Below are positions 1 through 9,746 of a stretch of DNA of 64,000 nt, in pieces. The first letter of the stretch is position 1. Each line of letters opens with the position of its first letter. The stretch covers positions 22,057 to 86,056 of the forward strand of contig CALBLK010000030.1 in NCBI GenBank assembly GCA_937895845.1. Direction: 5' to 3'. The notes below the pieces were generated by a model. The model had not been told where the DNA came from. It did no database searches and saw nothing but the letters and a program-made list of their open reading frames with translations. Made by a program: the position numbers and the translations under genes. This DNA comes from an uncultured Prevotella sp. (GTDB taxonomy: Bacteria > Bacteroidota > Bacteroidia > Bacteroidales > Bacteroidaceae).

Positions 1-63
1 CGCCGGCGAGTAAGGCCACGCACCGGCATACCATAACGTAACTCTAAAATTCAATTCGACAAG

Positions 64-1206
64 ATGGACAGACTGAAAACCATACAATGCGAGAAGGCGC
101 ACGCCGACATCTTCAAGTTTGACAACGGTACGGAGGTGACCGAATATCACGCCATGCTTCATGTCGACGACGCCACGCTGACTTTCCAGGAGCAGCTGCA
201 AGCCATGCTGCAAGCCTACGACACCTTGGTTGAGGACGAGCTGAGGGGGGCGCGCTGCGTCTTCAAGCGCTATTTCATCAGTGACGCGGCCAACCAGGAG
301 GACGACGTGGCCGCAGCCGACATGACAGACTGCGCAAAGAGCATCATCCAGCAGCCACCGCTCGACGGCACCAAGCTGGCCCTGTGGGTCTATCTGATGA
401 CAGGCGTGCAGACAGGCATCGGCAAGAGCGGGCTCTACGAGGTGCGCCATGGTGACTACCGTCACCTGTGGAACGGCGGATGCCACAATCTGGCGGCCAA
501 CTCTGAGTACCAGACGCGCCTGCTCTTCAACGAATACAACCTGCAACTGATCGAGGAGGGCTGCACGCTGAAGGACAACTGCATCCGCACTTGGTTCTTT
601 GTCAACGACGTTGACCTGAACTATGGCGGTGTGGTCAGGGCCCGCAACCAGTACTTCTTTACCCAGGGCCTCACGTCAAAGACCCACTTCATCGCCTCTA
701 CGGGCATTGGCGGGCGGCAGGCCGACCCCAATGTGCTGGCCCAGATGGACAACTATGCGGTGGCTGGCATCGACAAGGAGCAGGTGTCGTTCCTCTATGC
801 CCCGACACACCTTAACCGCACCAGCGACTATGGGGTGAGCTTCGAGCGTGGCACCATGGTGGACTACCAGGACCGCCGGCAGGTGTTTATCTCGGGCACG
901 GCGAGCATCAACAACAAGGGTGAGATTGTTTACCCCAAGGACATCCGCAAGCAGACGCACCGTATGTGGGAGAATGTGGAGGCCCTGCTGGCCGAAGCTG
1001 ACTGTACCATGGAGGATGTGGGCGTGATGGTGGTCTACCTGCGCGACACGGCAGACTACCAGGTGGTGAGCCGTCTCTTCGCCGAACGCTTTAAGGGCAA
1101 GCCCTATGTCATTGTGCATGCCCCCGTGTGCCGGCCGGGATGGCTGATTGAGATGGAGTGCATGGCTGTACGCAAGACACACCACCCACAATACAAGGCT
1201 TTCTAA
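64..1206 (+). CDS. Long Rid/YjgF-fold protein (endoribonuclease L-PSP superfamily; FkbO/Hyg5 chorismatase-like)
   Basis: 380 aa. Motifs SFERG, FISGTASI, VYLRD and C-terminal APVCRPGWLIEME are typical of tandem Rid-fold proteins. Confidence 0.75.
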   Translation: MDRLKTIQCEKAHADIFKFDNGTEVTEYHAMLHVDDATLTFQEQLQAMLQAYDTLVEDELRGARCVFKRYFISDAANQEDDVAAADMTDCAKSIIQQPPLDGTKLALWVYLMTGVQTGIGKSGLYEVRHGDYRHLWNGGCHNLAANSEYQTRLLFNEYNLQLIEEGCTLKDNCIRTWFFVNDVDLNYGGVVRARNQYFFTQGLTSKTHFIASTGIGGRQADPNVLAQMDNYAVAGIDKEQVSFLYAPTHLNRTSDYGVSFERGTMVDYQDRRQVFISGTASINNKGEIVYPKDIRKQTHRMWENVEALLAEADCTMEDVGVMVVYLRDTADYQVVSRLFAERFKGKPYVIVHAPVCRPGWLIEMECMAVRKTHHPQYKAF

Positions 1207-1217
1207 ACAGACCTTGC

Positions 1218-3230
1218 ATGAAGCTTGTCAGCCAGTTGTTGAGACTGTTGTTCGTTGCAACCATAGGGGTGTTGGGCGCTGCCACGTTTGTCGAGCAGGC
1301 CCAAGGCCCCTCGTTTGCTGCCGCCCACATTTACCACACGTGGTGGTTCTTCCTGCTGTGGGCGGCGCTGGCTGCGGTGTCTGTCGCCGCCATCTGGCAG
1401 CATAAACTGTGGCAGCGCACGGCTGTCATGATGCTCCACGGTTCGCTACTGGTCATCCTCGTTGGTGCGGCCACAACATTCTTGACCGCGCGCGAGGGCA
1501 GGCTCCACCTGCGCAAGGGGGCGCCAGCCAGACAGTTTGTTCTTGACGGGGGGCAGGCAACGGAAGCGTTGCCTTTCAGGGAGATGGTGCTTGACAGCTT
1601 CCGTGTCGTGTGCTATCCGGGAACGGCGGCGCCGCAGGACTTCGTGAGCCAGGTGTCCTGCCACCGGGCCGATGGTACAATCCTTCGCGCCACTATCTCG
1701 ATGAACCACATTCTGCAAGCCGGAGGCTACCGCTTCTACCAGTCGTCGTTTGACCCGGACATGGAGGGCACTGTCCTCTCGGTCAACTACGACCCCTGGG
1801 GCACGCCTGTCACCTACTCTGGCTATGCGCTGTTCGCACTGTCGGCCATCCTTGTGCTGTGCGGAAGGCGCGAGACCTTCCGCCGGCTGCTGCGGTCGCC
1901 GCTGCTGCGCAAGGGGGCTGTGGCCACGCTCTTGCTGGGCGCGATGGGCGCACCGTCGCCGGCTGGCGCCCGAAGCGTGCCCACCATCCAGGCGGACAGG
2001 GCCGCACGGCTGGCCCGTATGCCTGTCATTTATAACGACCGTGTGGCCCCGCTCAGCACGCTGGCCCACGATTTCACCATCAAGTTGTATGGCAAGAGCA
2101 GTTACAAGGGACTGACTGCAGAGCAGGTGGTTTACGGATGGATGAAAAGGCCTGACGCATGGAAGGACGAACCCATGCTGCTCGTCAAGGACGGCGCTTT
2201 GCGCCAGCGGCTGGGTATCAGCGGAAAATATGCGCGGCTGGCCGACCTCTTCGACCGCAACGGCCAGTACCGTCTGCAACCGCTCATCGAGCAGGGGCAG
2301 GATAGCAAGGCTGTGCGCGAGCTCGACGAGAAGGTGGGCATCATCCTGATGCTCACAAACGGTTCGCTTGTAAAGCCCGCCACAGGTATGGCTGTGTCAG
2401 ACCAGCACATATCAGCGGAGATTCTGTATAACAACATTCCCTTTGCCAAATGGCTCGCCATGGGCAATCTTGCCCTGGGGACGCTCATGTTTCTTGTGCT
2501 GCTGGCACCAGGCCGGACTTGGCACCGCTGGATGTATGTGGCTGGACTGCCGCTGGCTTGCCTGTCTTTCGCCGCGACAGTGTTCTGCTTCGGACTGCGC
2601 TGGTACATCAGCGGGCAGGTGCCGCTGGGCAATGGCTACGAAACCATGCTTTTCATGGCCCTCTGTGTCATGGCAGTGGCTTTGGTCCTGTGCCGCAGGT
2701 TCGCCGTGGCTGTGCCCTTTGGTTTCCTGCTCTCGGGCTTCACGCTGCTCGTGGCGTTTCTCGGAGAGATGAATCCGCAAATCACGCCGCTCATGCCTGT
2801 GCTCCAGTCGCCGCTGCTCTCAGCCCACGTGAGTGTCATCATGATGGCCTACGCGCTGCTGGCTTTCACCATGATTTGTGGCATTGCCGGCCTGTTGCAG
2901 CACCGCTTCCGCCGCGCCCCACAGGTGGAGCGGCTCACGCTGCTGTCGCGACTGATGCTCTATCCGGCCGTGTTTCTGCTGGCCGCAGGCATCTTTCTCG
3001 GTGCCGTGTGGGCCAATGTGTCATGGGGCAGATACTGGAGCTGGGACCCCAAGGAGGTGTGGGCGCTCATCACGATGCTTGTCTATGCCGTTCCGCTCCA
3101 TCGCTCCGCCTTTTGGCAGACTGACACTCCGGTGCGCTACCATGCCTATATGGTGGCGGCCTTTCTCACCGTTCTGATGACCTATTTCGGCGTGAACTAC
3201 TTTCTGGGCGGTATGCACGGATATGCCTGA
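1218..3230 (+). CDS. ccsA: Cytochrome c biogenesis protein, ResB-like plus CcsA fusion (system II)
   Basis: Multiple TM segments and the WWD motif WANVSWGRYWSWDPKEVW, ending GVNYFLGGMHGYA. Start moved to ATG 1218 so it does not overlap the upstream gene. Confidence 0.9.
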   Translation: MKLVSQLLRLLFVATIGVLGAATFVEQAQGPSFAAAHIYHTWWFFLLWAALAAVSVAAIWQHKLWQRTAVMMLHGSLLVILVGAATTFLTAREGRLHLRKGAPARQFVLDGGQATEALPFREMVLDSFRVVCYPGTAAPQDFVSQVSCHRADGTILRATISMNHILQAGGYRFYQSSFDPDMEGTVLSVNYDPWGTPVTYSGYALFALSAILVLCGRRETFRRLLRSPLLRKGAVATLLLGAMGAPSPAGARSVPTIQADRAARLARMPVIYNDRVAPLSTLAHDFTIKLYGKSSYKGLTAEQVVYGWMKRPDAWKDEPMLLVKDGALRQRLGISGKYARLADLFDRNGQYRLQPLIEQGQDSKAVRELDEKVGIILMLTNGSLVKPATGMAVSDQHISAEILYNNIPFAKWLAMGNLALGTLMFLVLLAPGRTWHRWMYVAGLPLACLSFAATVFCFGLRWYISGQVPLGNGYETMLFMALCVMAVALVLCRRFAVAVPFGFLLSGFTLLVAFLGEMNPQITPLMPVLQSPLLSAHVSVIMMAYALLAFTMICGIAGLLQHRFRRAPQVERLTLLSRLMLYPAVFLLAAGIFLGAVWANVSWGRYWSWDPKEVWALITMLVYAVPLHRSAFWQTDTPVRYHAYMVAAFLTVLMTYFGVNYFLGGMHGYA

Positions 3231-3246
3231 CCGGCATCGGGGCAGC

Positions 3247-4464
3247 CTAAGCCTCGCTGATGTAGCTGTCCTTGAAACCGAGGAAGTAGAGTACACCGTC
3301 AAGCCCTATCGTGTTGATAGACTGCTTGGCGTTAGCCTGCACACGTGGCTTGGCATGGAAGGCGATGCCCAGGCCGGCCTCTGAAATCATGGGCAGGTCG
3401 TTGGCCCCGTCGCCCACAGCGATGGTTTGGGCGAGGTCAACCTTTTCCACCTGCGCGATGAGCTTGAGCAGTTCGGCCTTGCGGTGGCCGTCAACGATGT
3501 CGCCCACATAGCGTCCGGTCAGTTTGCCGTTGCCGTCAATCTCCAGTTCGTTGGCATACATATAGTCAATGTTGTAGCGCCGCTGCAGGTATTCGCCAAA
3601 ATAAGTGAACCCTCCGCTGAGGATGGCAATCTTATAGCCATAGCGCTTGAGCACGGACATCAGCCGGTCAACGCCCTCGGTGATGGGAAGGTGTTCGGCA
3701 ATCTCTCTCATCACCCTGACATCAAGTCCCTTGAGCAGGGCCACGCGCTGGCGGAAACTCTCCTTGAAATCAATCTCGCCCCTCATGGCCCGCTCGGTGA
3801 TGGCTTTCACCCGGTCTCCCACGCCGGCCCGTTCGGCCAGCTCGTCGATGCACTCGGTCTGAATGAGCGTGGAGTCCATGTCAAAGCAAATGAGCCTGCG
3901 CATGCGGCGGAACATGTTGTCGCGCTGGAGGGAGAAGTCAAACTCCATTTCCGAAGACAGCCGCATGAGCTTTGACTGCATATCCCCCAGGTTGTGCGGA
4001 GTGCCGCGGAGCGAGAACTCGATGCATGCCCTCACGTTGCGCTCGGGGTTCTTGATGCTTTGCCGGCCGGTGAGCCTGAGGATGGAGTCGATGTTCAGTC
4101 CCTGCTCGCTGATAACAAGTGTGGCGGCCGCTATCTGTCCTGCCGACAGGCTGCGGCCGATGATGGTGAGGATATAGCGGTTCTTGCCCTGCCCGTTCAC
4201 CCACTCCTCGTACTTCTCGTCGTCTATGGGCTTGAAGTCAATGTTGACATTCAGCTCGGTGGCCTTGAACAGCAGCTCCTTCATCACCTGGCCCGACTGC
4301 CGCTCGCTGATGCGGATAAGGATGCCCAGCGACAGCGTGCTGTGGATGTCGGCCTGGCCGATGTCGAGAATCTTCGCGTCGTGACGGGCAAGTATCTCCA
4401 TCACGGAGGCTGTCAGCCCCGGGCGGTCCTGCCCGGTGATGCCAATCAGAATCTGTTCTTCCAT
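3247..4464 (-). CDS. serB: Phosphoserine phosphatase with N-terminal ACT domains
   Basis: ACT motif ITGQDRPG; HAD motifs FDMDSTLI, LSGGF and GDGANDLPM. Start taken at MEEQIL (4464). Confidence 0.95.
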   Translation of the reverse strand: MEEQILIGITGQDRPGLTASVMEILARHDAKILDIGQADIHSTLSLGILIRISERQSGQVMKELLFKATELNVNIDFKPIDDEKYEEWVNGQGKNRYILTIIGRSLSAGQIAAATLVISEQGLNIDSILRLTGRQSIKNPERNVRACIEFSLRGTPHNLGDMQSKLMRLSSEMEFDFSLQRDNMFRRMRRLICFDMDSTLIQTECIDELAERAGVGDRVKAITERAMRGEIDFKESFRQRVALLKGLDVRVMREIAEHLPITEGVDRLMSVLKRYGYKIAILSGGFTYFGEYLQRRYNIDYMYANELEIDGNGKLTGRYVGDIVDGHRKAELLKLIAQVEKVDLAQTIAVGDGANDLPMISEAGLGIAFHAKPRVQANAKQSINTIGLDGVLYFLGFKDSYISEA

Positions 4465-4493
4465 GTCCTTTTCTGTTTGTCCTTTGTAACAGT

Positions 4494-5291
4494 TCATCCC
4501 CTCATCGCCTCGATGTCGGCTTTCACATTGCTGCGGATTCTGCCGAGATAGGCTTTCATCCCGCTGGCATCCTTGCGGTCAATGATGTCAAGCAGTGAGG
4601 TCAGCTCGTTGCGTATCCGCGCCACCTGCTCGCTCGTATAGGGGTTGAAAAGGATTTCCTGCAGCAGGTAGTCGTCCTCGTTGAGCACGCCCTTGGCAAT
4701 CTTCATGTGGCGCTTGAATGTGGTTCCCGGCGCGTCCTGGTGCTTCATCACGGCGGCAAACACAAACGTGGAGACAAAGGGGATGCTCAGCGAGTAGGCC
4801 ACTGTGCGGTCGTGCTCCTCGAAGGTGTACTCGTAGATGCTCAGTCCCAGCCTCTGGTAAAGGTCTTTGAAGAAGATGCGTCCCATGTAGTCGCCCTCGC
4901 TGATGATGATGGCGTTCTCCTCGGAGAGCTGCTGGAGGTTGGCAAAGGTGGGGCCGAACATGGGGTGGGTTGACACATAGGGGTGTCCGCACTGTCCGTA
5001 AAACGCCTTGAGTCCGGTTTTCACCGACGAGATGTCACTGACGATGCAGTCGGCGGGCAGGAAGGGTAGCACCTCCTCGAAAGCCGGAATGGTGAACTTC
5101 ACCGTAACGGCATTGATGACCAGCTCGGGGGCAAACGCTCTCACTTCTTCGAGCGCGGTGAGGCGCTGGCAGTTATAGGTGAACCTCATCCGCCTGGGGT
5201 CTTTCTCATAGACCGCCGTCTCGTGGTCGAAGCTCAGCAGGTCCAGGAAGAAGCTCCCCATCTTTCCGGCTCCCATGACTAAGATTTTCAT
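4494..5291 (-). CDS. tyrA: Prephenate/arogenate dehydrogenase
   Basis: Rossmann start MKILVMGAGKMG, plus DISSVK, HPMFGP and EHD motifs; operon context. Confidence 0.9.
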   Translation of the reverse strand: MKILVMGAGKMGSFFLDLLSFDHETAVYEKDPRRMRFTYNCQRLTALEEVRAFAPELVINAVTVKFTIPAFEEVLPFLPADCIVSDISSVKTGLKAFYGQCGHPYVSTHPMFGPTFANLQQLSEENAIIISEGDYMGRIFFKDLYQRLGLSIYEYTFEEHDRTVAYSLSIPFVSTFVFAAVMKHQDAPGTTFKRHMKIAKGVLNEDDYLLQEILFNPYTSEQVARIRNELTSLLDIIDRKDASGMKAYLGRIRSNVKADIEAMRG

Positions 5292-5304
5292 CGCCCTTTG
5301 CCCT

Positions 5305-6369
5305 TTATTTGTTGATAATCTCCATCTGCTGGCGCACGGACTCCTCGTGGATGCTCTCGAACACCTTGGCCATAAACAGGGCGCCCATGCCACAGAGCGC
5401 GCCCTGGGCGCCGCGCTTCTCAAGTATCTCGCTGTAACGGGCGGTTTGCAGCACGGTCATGTTGTGCTCCTTCTTGTACTGTCCTATCTCCCGGCAAACG
5501 CGCATACGCTTGGCCAAGAGGTCAATCAGCTGGTTGTCAAGCTCGTCAATCTGCTTGCGCAACATGCTGATGCCCTCGGTGCTCACCGTCTCGTCGCGCA
5601 CCACAAGGAGGTTCAGTATGTAGTCGAGCACATCGGGTGTCACCTGCTGCTTGGCGTCGCTCCAAGCCTTGTCGGGGTCGCAGTGGCTTTCTATTATCAG
5701 ACCGTCGAAGCCCAGGTCCATGGCCTGCTGGCACAGCGGCGCAATCAGTTCGCGGCGGCCGCCGATGTGGCTGGGGTCGCAGAACATGGGGAGCTCGGGT
5801 ATGCGCCGGTGCAGTTCGATGGGAATCTGCCACATTGGCAGGTTGCGGTATATCTTCTTGTCGTAGCTGGAGAAGCCGCGGTGAATGGCGGCCATGCGCT
5901 TCACGCCGGCCTGGTTGATGCGCTCCATGGCACCAATCCATAGCTCCAGGTCGGGGTTGACCGGGTTTTTCACCAGCACAGGCACGTCAACGCCTCTCAG
6001 CGAATCGGCCAAAGACTGCATGGCAAAGGGGTTTGCCGAGGTGCGGGCGCCCACCCAGAGGATGTCAACGCCATACTTCAGGGCCAGTTCAACGTGCTCG
6101 GGCGTGGCCACCTCGGTGGCCACCTGCATGCCTGTCTCCTCCTTTACCAGCTTCAGCCATGGCAGTGCCTTCTCGCCGTTGCCCTCAAAGCCGCCGGGCT
6201 TTGTGCGCGGTTTCCAAACGCCGGCACGGAAAATCCTGAAGCCACGCGAGGCCAGCTGCCTGGCCGTGCTGATCACCTGCTCCTCGGTCTCGGCCGAACA
6301 GGGGCCGGCAATCACCACGGGGCGCTCTTGCTCACTCAACAGATTGAGAGGTTGTAGTTCTAATTCCAT
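5305..6369 (-). CDS. Bifunctional DAHP synthase (type I-beta) / chorismate mutase type II
   Basis: IAGPCSAE, KPRT and DPSH motifs, with a C-terminal CM domain (LRKQIDELDNQLIDLLAKR, IGQYKK). Confidence 0.93.
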   Translation of the reverse strand: MELELQPLNLLSEQERPVVIAGPCSAETEEQVISTARQLASRGFRIFRAGVWKPRTKPGGFEGNGEKALPWLKLVKEETGMQVATEVATPEHVELALKYGVDILWVGARTSANPFAMQSLADSLRGVDVPVLVKNPVNPDLELWIGAMERINQAGVKRMAAIHRGFSSYDKKIYRNLPMWQIPIELHRRIPELPMFCDPSHIGGRRELIAPLCQQAMDLGFDGLIIESHCDPDKAWSDAKQQVTPDVLDYILNLLVVRDETVSTEGISMLRKQIDELDNQLIDLLAKRMRVCREIGQYKKEHNMTVLQTARYSEILEKRGAQGALCGMGALFMAKVFESIHEESVRQQMEIINK

Positions 6370-6398
6370 AGGATATATCGTTTTTTAATGTTTCACTG

Positions 6399-7580
6399 TC
6401 AGACCATTGCCTTCACCCTGGCAAGAGCCTCTTCCATCTTGTCTTCCTTGGCGCAGAGTGATATGCGCACATATCTGTTGCCGTTGCTGCCAAAGATGAA
6501 GCCGGGCGTGATGAACACCCGGGCCTCGTGAAGCGCCCTTTCGGTAAGCTGCTCGCTGTCGGCACAGCTGTCGGGAATGCGCCCCCAGAGGAACATGCCC
6601 ACCTGTGAGGGGTCGAAAGTGCAGCCCAGCGCTGTCATGATGGCTTCGGCATACTTGCGCCGCCGGGCGTATGTGTCGATGTTGGCCTGGCTGTGCCACT
6701 GCCTGTCATTGCGAAAAGCCTCGGCTGCCGCCAGCTGGATTGCGCGGAAGGTGCCGCTGTCAATGTTGCTCTTGATTTTCAGAATCCAGCTGATGAAGGT
6801 GGGGTTCGAGGCACACAGGCCCACGCGCCATCCCGGCATGTTGTGGCTCTTGGACATGGAGTTGAACTCGATGCAGCAGTCCTTGGCCCCGGGCACCTGG
6901 AGCAGTGACATGGGCTTGTTGTTGAGGATAAAGGAATAGGGGTTGTCGTTGACCACAACGATGTGGTGCCTCCGGGCAAAGTCAGCGAGACGTTCATAAG
7001 TGTCACGCCGGGCGTTGCCGCCTGTCGGCATGTTAGGGTAGTTGGTCCACATCAGCCTCACCTTGCCCAGGTCCATCTGTTCCAGCTCGTCGAAGTCGGG
7101 CTGCCAGCCGTTGTCCCCGCGAAGGTTGTAGTTAACGACCTTCGCACCGAGAATCTTGCTCAGCGAAGTGTAGGTGGGATAGCCGGGGTTGGGCACCAGC
7201 ACCTCTTCGCCGGGATTGACAAAGGCCAGGGTGACGTGGAGGATTCCCTCTTTCGAGCCAATGAGTGGCTGAATCTCGGTCTTGGGGTCGAGCCTCACGC
7301 CATACCACCTCTGGTAGAAATCGGCCATGGCCTCGCGCAGCTCGGGCGTGCCCGCCGTAGGCTGGTAGCCGTGGGTGTCGGGGCGCCGCGCCACCTCGCA
7401 CAGGGTTTTGACGGTCTGTTCCGAAGGTGGCATGTCGGGACTTCCGATAGCCAGGCTGATGATGTCCCTGCCCTGGGCGTTCAGCCGGGCCACTTCCTTC
7501 AGCTTCCTGCTGAAGTAATATTCGCTGACCAGTGCAAGGCGGTCGGCCGGTTGGATTGTGTTCATCTTTGCTTTTGTCAT
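6399..7580 (-). CDS. PLP-dependent class I/II aminotransferase (probably aromatic amino acid or prephenate aminotransferase)
   Basis: NYPNMPTG, DNPY and SMSKSHNMPGWRVG (PLP lysine); lies inside the Phe/Tyr operon. Confidence 0.88.
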   Translation of the reverse strand: MTKAKMNTIQPADRLALVSEYYFSRKLKEVARLNAQGRDIISLAIGSPDMPPSEQTVKTLCEVARRPDTHGYQPTAGTPELREAMADFYQRWYGVRLDPKTEIQPLIGSKEGILHVTLAFVNPGEEVLVPNPGYPTYTSLSKILGAKVVNYNLRGDNGWQPDFDELEQMDLGKVRLMWTNYPNMPTGGNARRDTYERLADFARRHHIVVVNDNPYSFILNNKPMSLLQVPGAKDCCIEFNSMSKSHNMPGWRVGLCASNPTFISWILKIKSNIDSGTFRAIQLAAAEAFRNDRQWHSQANIDTYARRRKYAEAIMTALGCTFDPSQVGMFLWGRIPDSCADSEQLTERALHEARVFITPGFIFGSNGNRYVRISLCAKEDKMEEALARVKAMV

Positions 7581-7600
7581 GTTTGAAAAATAGACAGGAG

Positions 7601-8431
7601 CTACTTGCTCTTGTACTCACCCAGTATCCGCAGTTCGCGTGTCAGCGGCATGATGGCGTCGATGCACTGGCGGTAGCGTGTCACGCTGTCATAGGTCACG
7701 TCAACATAGAAGAGATATTCCCATTCATGGCCGATGATGGGCAGCGACTGTATCTTGGTGAGATTGATCTTGTAGAACGACAGGATGCTGAGCACTTGCG
7801 AGAGCGAGCCTTCCTCATGGGGCAGGGCAAACACCAGGCTCGACTTGTCCGTGCTGTCAACCTGACGGAGGGTGTCGGCTTTCTGGGGACTGCACACCAC
7901 GAGGAAGCGGGTGAAATTGTGCTTGTTGTCCTCGATGTGGTCTTCCAGCACCTTCATGCCATAGATGCCGGCGGCCTCGGCACTGCATATAGCTGCCACT
8001 CCCCGGCACTGGTGCCTGGTGATATACTGGGCCGAACCGGCGGTGTCCTCGCTCTCGACTGCTTTCAGCCCGGGGTGGTTGGCCAGGAATCCGCGGCACT
8101 GCATCAGTGCAACAGGGTGGGAGTGGACCTCGCGCACCGTGTCCCAGGTGTCGTCGGGCATGCAGCAGATGCAGTGGGAAATGTGCAACTTGTGCTCGCC
8201 CACCACCGTTGTGCTGGAGTCGCGCAGCAGCTCGTAGTTGTGCAACAGGCTGCCTGCGATGGTGTTCTCAATGGCCAGCATGCCAATCACTGCGGGGTCG
8301 CGCTTGATGTTCTCAAAAACTTGCTCAAACGTGGCGCAGCAGATGAGCTGCACTTGCTCTCCCTCAAAATACTGGTGTGAGGCGATGTCGTGAAACGACC
8401 CGTTCACTCCTTGTATGGCAATTCTCTTCAT
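7601..8431 (-). CDS. pheA: Prephenate dehydratase
   Basis: IAIQG, IENTIAGS, SHPVALMQC and NFTRF motifs, with a C-terminal ACT domain (INLTKIQSLP). Confidence 0.95.
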   Translation of the reverse strand: MKRIAIQGVNGSFHDIASHQYFEGEQVQLICCATFEQVFENIKRDPAVIGMLAIENTIAGSLLHNYELLRDSSTTVVGEHKLHISHCICCMPDDTWDTVREVHSHPVALMQCRGFLANHPGLKAVESEDTAGSAQYITRHQCRGVAAICSAEAAGIYGMKVLEDHIEDNKHNFTRFLVVCSPQKADTLRQVDSTDKSSLVFALPHEEGSLSQVLSILSFYKINLTKIQSLPIIGHEWEYLFYVDVTYDSVTRYRQCIDAIMPLTRELRILGEYKSK

Positions 8432-8463
8432 GTCCGTTACTGTTCAAGAGGTGTCACCCAACC

Positions 8464-8498
8464 AAAAGTCCCGCTTCTTGGGGTTGAAGCGGGACTTT
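8464..8498 (-). terminator. Attenuator terminator upstream of pheA
   Basis: Perfect 13-bp stem aaagtcccgcttc / gaagcgggacttt, ending in a T run on the minus strand. Confidence 0.88.
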
Positions 8499-8542
8499 GA
8501 TGTTACATTTCATCTTGATGTTTGTCTTGTAATAAGTTGAAA

Positions 8543-8620
8543 TCACACGCAACTTCCCGCTCCACAGCTCCCTGCAAAGTAAAAGTAAAAGCTAAAGAAG
8601 TACGTGCTGTATCTACTCAT
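8543..8620 (-). CDS. Phe/Tyr-rich attenuation leader peptide MSRYSTYFFSFYFYFAGSCGAGSCV
   Basis: Manual translation gives 25 aa with 5 Phe and 4 Tyr in residues 4-15. It sits between the promoter and the terminator and is absent from the ORF track. Confidence 0.88.
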   Translation of the reverse strand: MSRYSTYFFSFYFYFAGSCGAGSCV

Positions 8621-8648
8621 TTTGTTTCTTTTTCATTGCTTTCACTTG

Positions 8649-8680
8649 CAAAAGTATAACATTTTGCTGAATCTCACAAA
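8649..8680 (-). promoter_or_regulatory. Bacteroidota sigma-A promoter of the leader/pheA operon
   Basis: Minus strand TTTG (8680-8677), N20, TACTTTTG (8656-8649). Confidence 0.8.
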
Positions 8681-8755
8681 TAAAAGGAAAGTTTTTTAGC
8701 TGTTTTTACAGTGCAGCTACTGTCATGTGCACGACGGAGCCGTTCCTCATGACGG

Positions 8756-9634
8756 TCATATTCCAAGGGGGTTGATGAAACTGTAAGCCTGCCTCACCTT
8801 GTTTTCCACGCCCTCGGCCGAGTAGTCGCCGCTAACATCTGCCAGGGCGTCGGGGTTGAGTTCCAGCACTTTCTGCATATCTTCCTGCGCGCCCTTGGTG
8901 TCACCCTGCTCATATTTCACCTGTCCGCGCTCTTTGAATGCCTCGATGGAGAAAGGGTTTACCTCTGTCACCTTATTATATAGGGCAATGGCTGCGGCTG
9001 CATGGCCGGCCTTGTGCTCCACTCTCGCCTTGAGCAGCAGCACGTCCTCGTTGTCGCCATAACGCTCCAGCAGACTGTCGGCATCCTTGGCGGCCCCTTT
9101 CACGTCGCCCATTGACAGCAATGTCTTGCCCCGCAGCAACAGGGCGTCGCCGAAGTTGGCATTCAGGGTGGCCGCCTTGGTGAGCAGGGCGACCGCCTGG
9201 ATGGGGTTGCCCTGTCCGATAGCGGCCTGGGCGCTGAGAAAGCACGTGTCGGCATTGTTGCCATCCAGGGCCTGGGCCTTGGCGCAGGCCTCCTCCATTG
9301 TGGCATAGTCCTCGGCCATATAGGCCACGCGGGCCAGCTGCTGCACCACGGCCACATTGTCGGGTGCGGCCTCTGCCAGCAGCCGCAGCTGCGCCATGGC
9401 TGCGCCAAAGTCGCCCCGCTTCACCTGGGCGCGGGCCAGATAGTCGCGCACCTCGGGGTCATCCTTCAGCTGGAGGGCCTTCTCGTAGCATTTCACGGCA
9501 TAGTCAAACTGTCCCATGCGGGCCGCTTTCACTCCGTCATACTTGAACATGTCAAAGCTGCGCGCCTCTTCATTCTTCTGTTTTTCCTCGGGCGACGGTT
9601 CCTGCCCCCCGAACAATGCGTTCCAAAATCCCAT
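8756..9634 (-). CDS. Tetratricopeptide repeat protein
   Basis: Several roughly 34-aa TPR-like units (A...YEKAL.L, RG...G...GA..D..K.LELNP). Confidence 0.85.
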   Translation of the reverse strand: MGFWNALFGGQEPSPEEKQKNEEARSFDMFKYDGVKAARMGQFDYAVKCYEKALQLKDDPEVRDYLARAQVKRGDFGAAMAQLRLLAEAAPDNVAVVQQLARVAYMAEDYATMEEACAKAQALDGNNADTCFLSAQAAIGQGNPIQAVALLTKAATLNANFGDALLLRGKTLLSMGDVKGAAKDADSLLERYGDNEDVLLLKARVEHKAGHAAAAIALYNKVTEVNPFSIEAFKERGQVKYEQGDTKGAQEDMQKVLELNPDALADVSGDYSAEGVENKVRQAYSFINPLGI

Positions 9635-9746
9635 ATTTATTTGCTTCTTAATTGAATGTAAGTAGGTGTTCTTAATTGTCTGTTCTGTGCAGGCCGGCGC
9701 TCGTTGCGCATTGAAATGAAGCTGTTGCCTTCATCCCCTTCCCCTG

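Noticed and set aside
1218..3230. CcsA without an adjacent cytochrome c as a novel heme system
   Set aside because: Unlinked ResB-CcsA fusions are commonplace in Bacteroidales, and substrates could be encoded outside the window.
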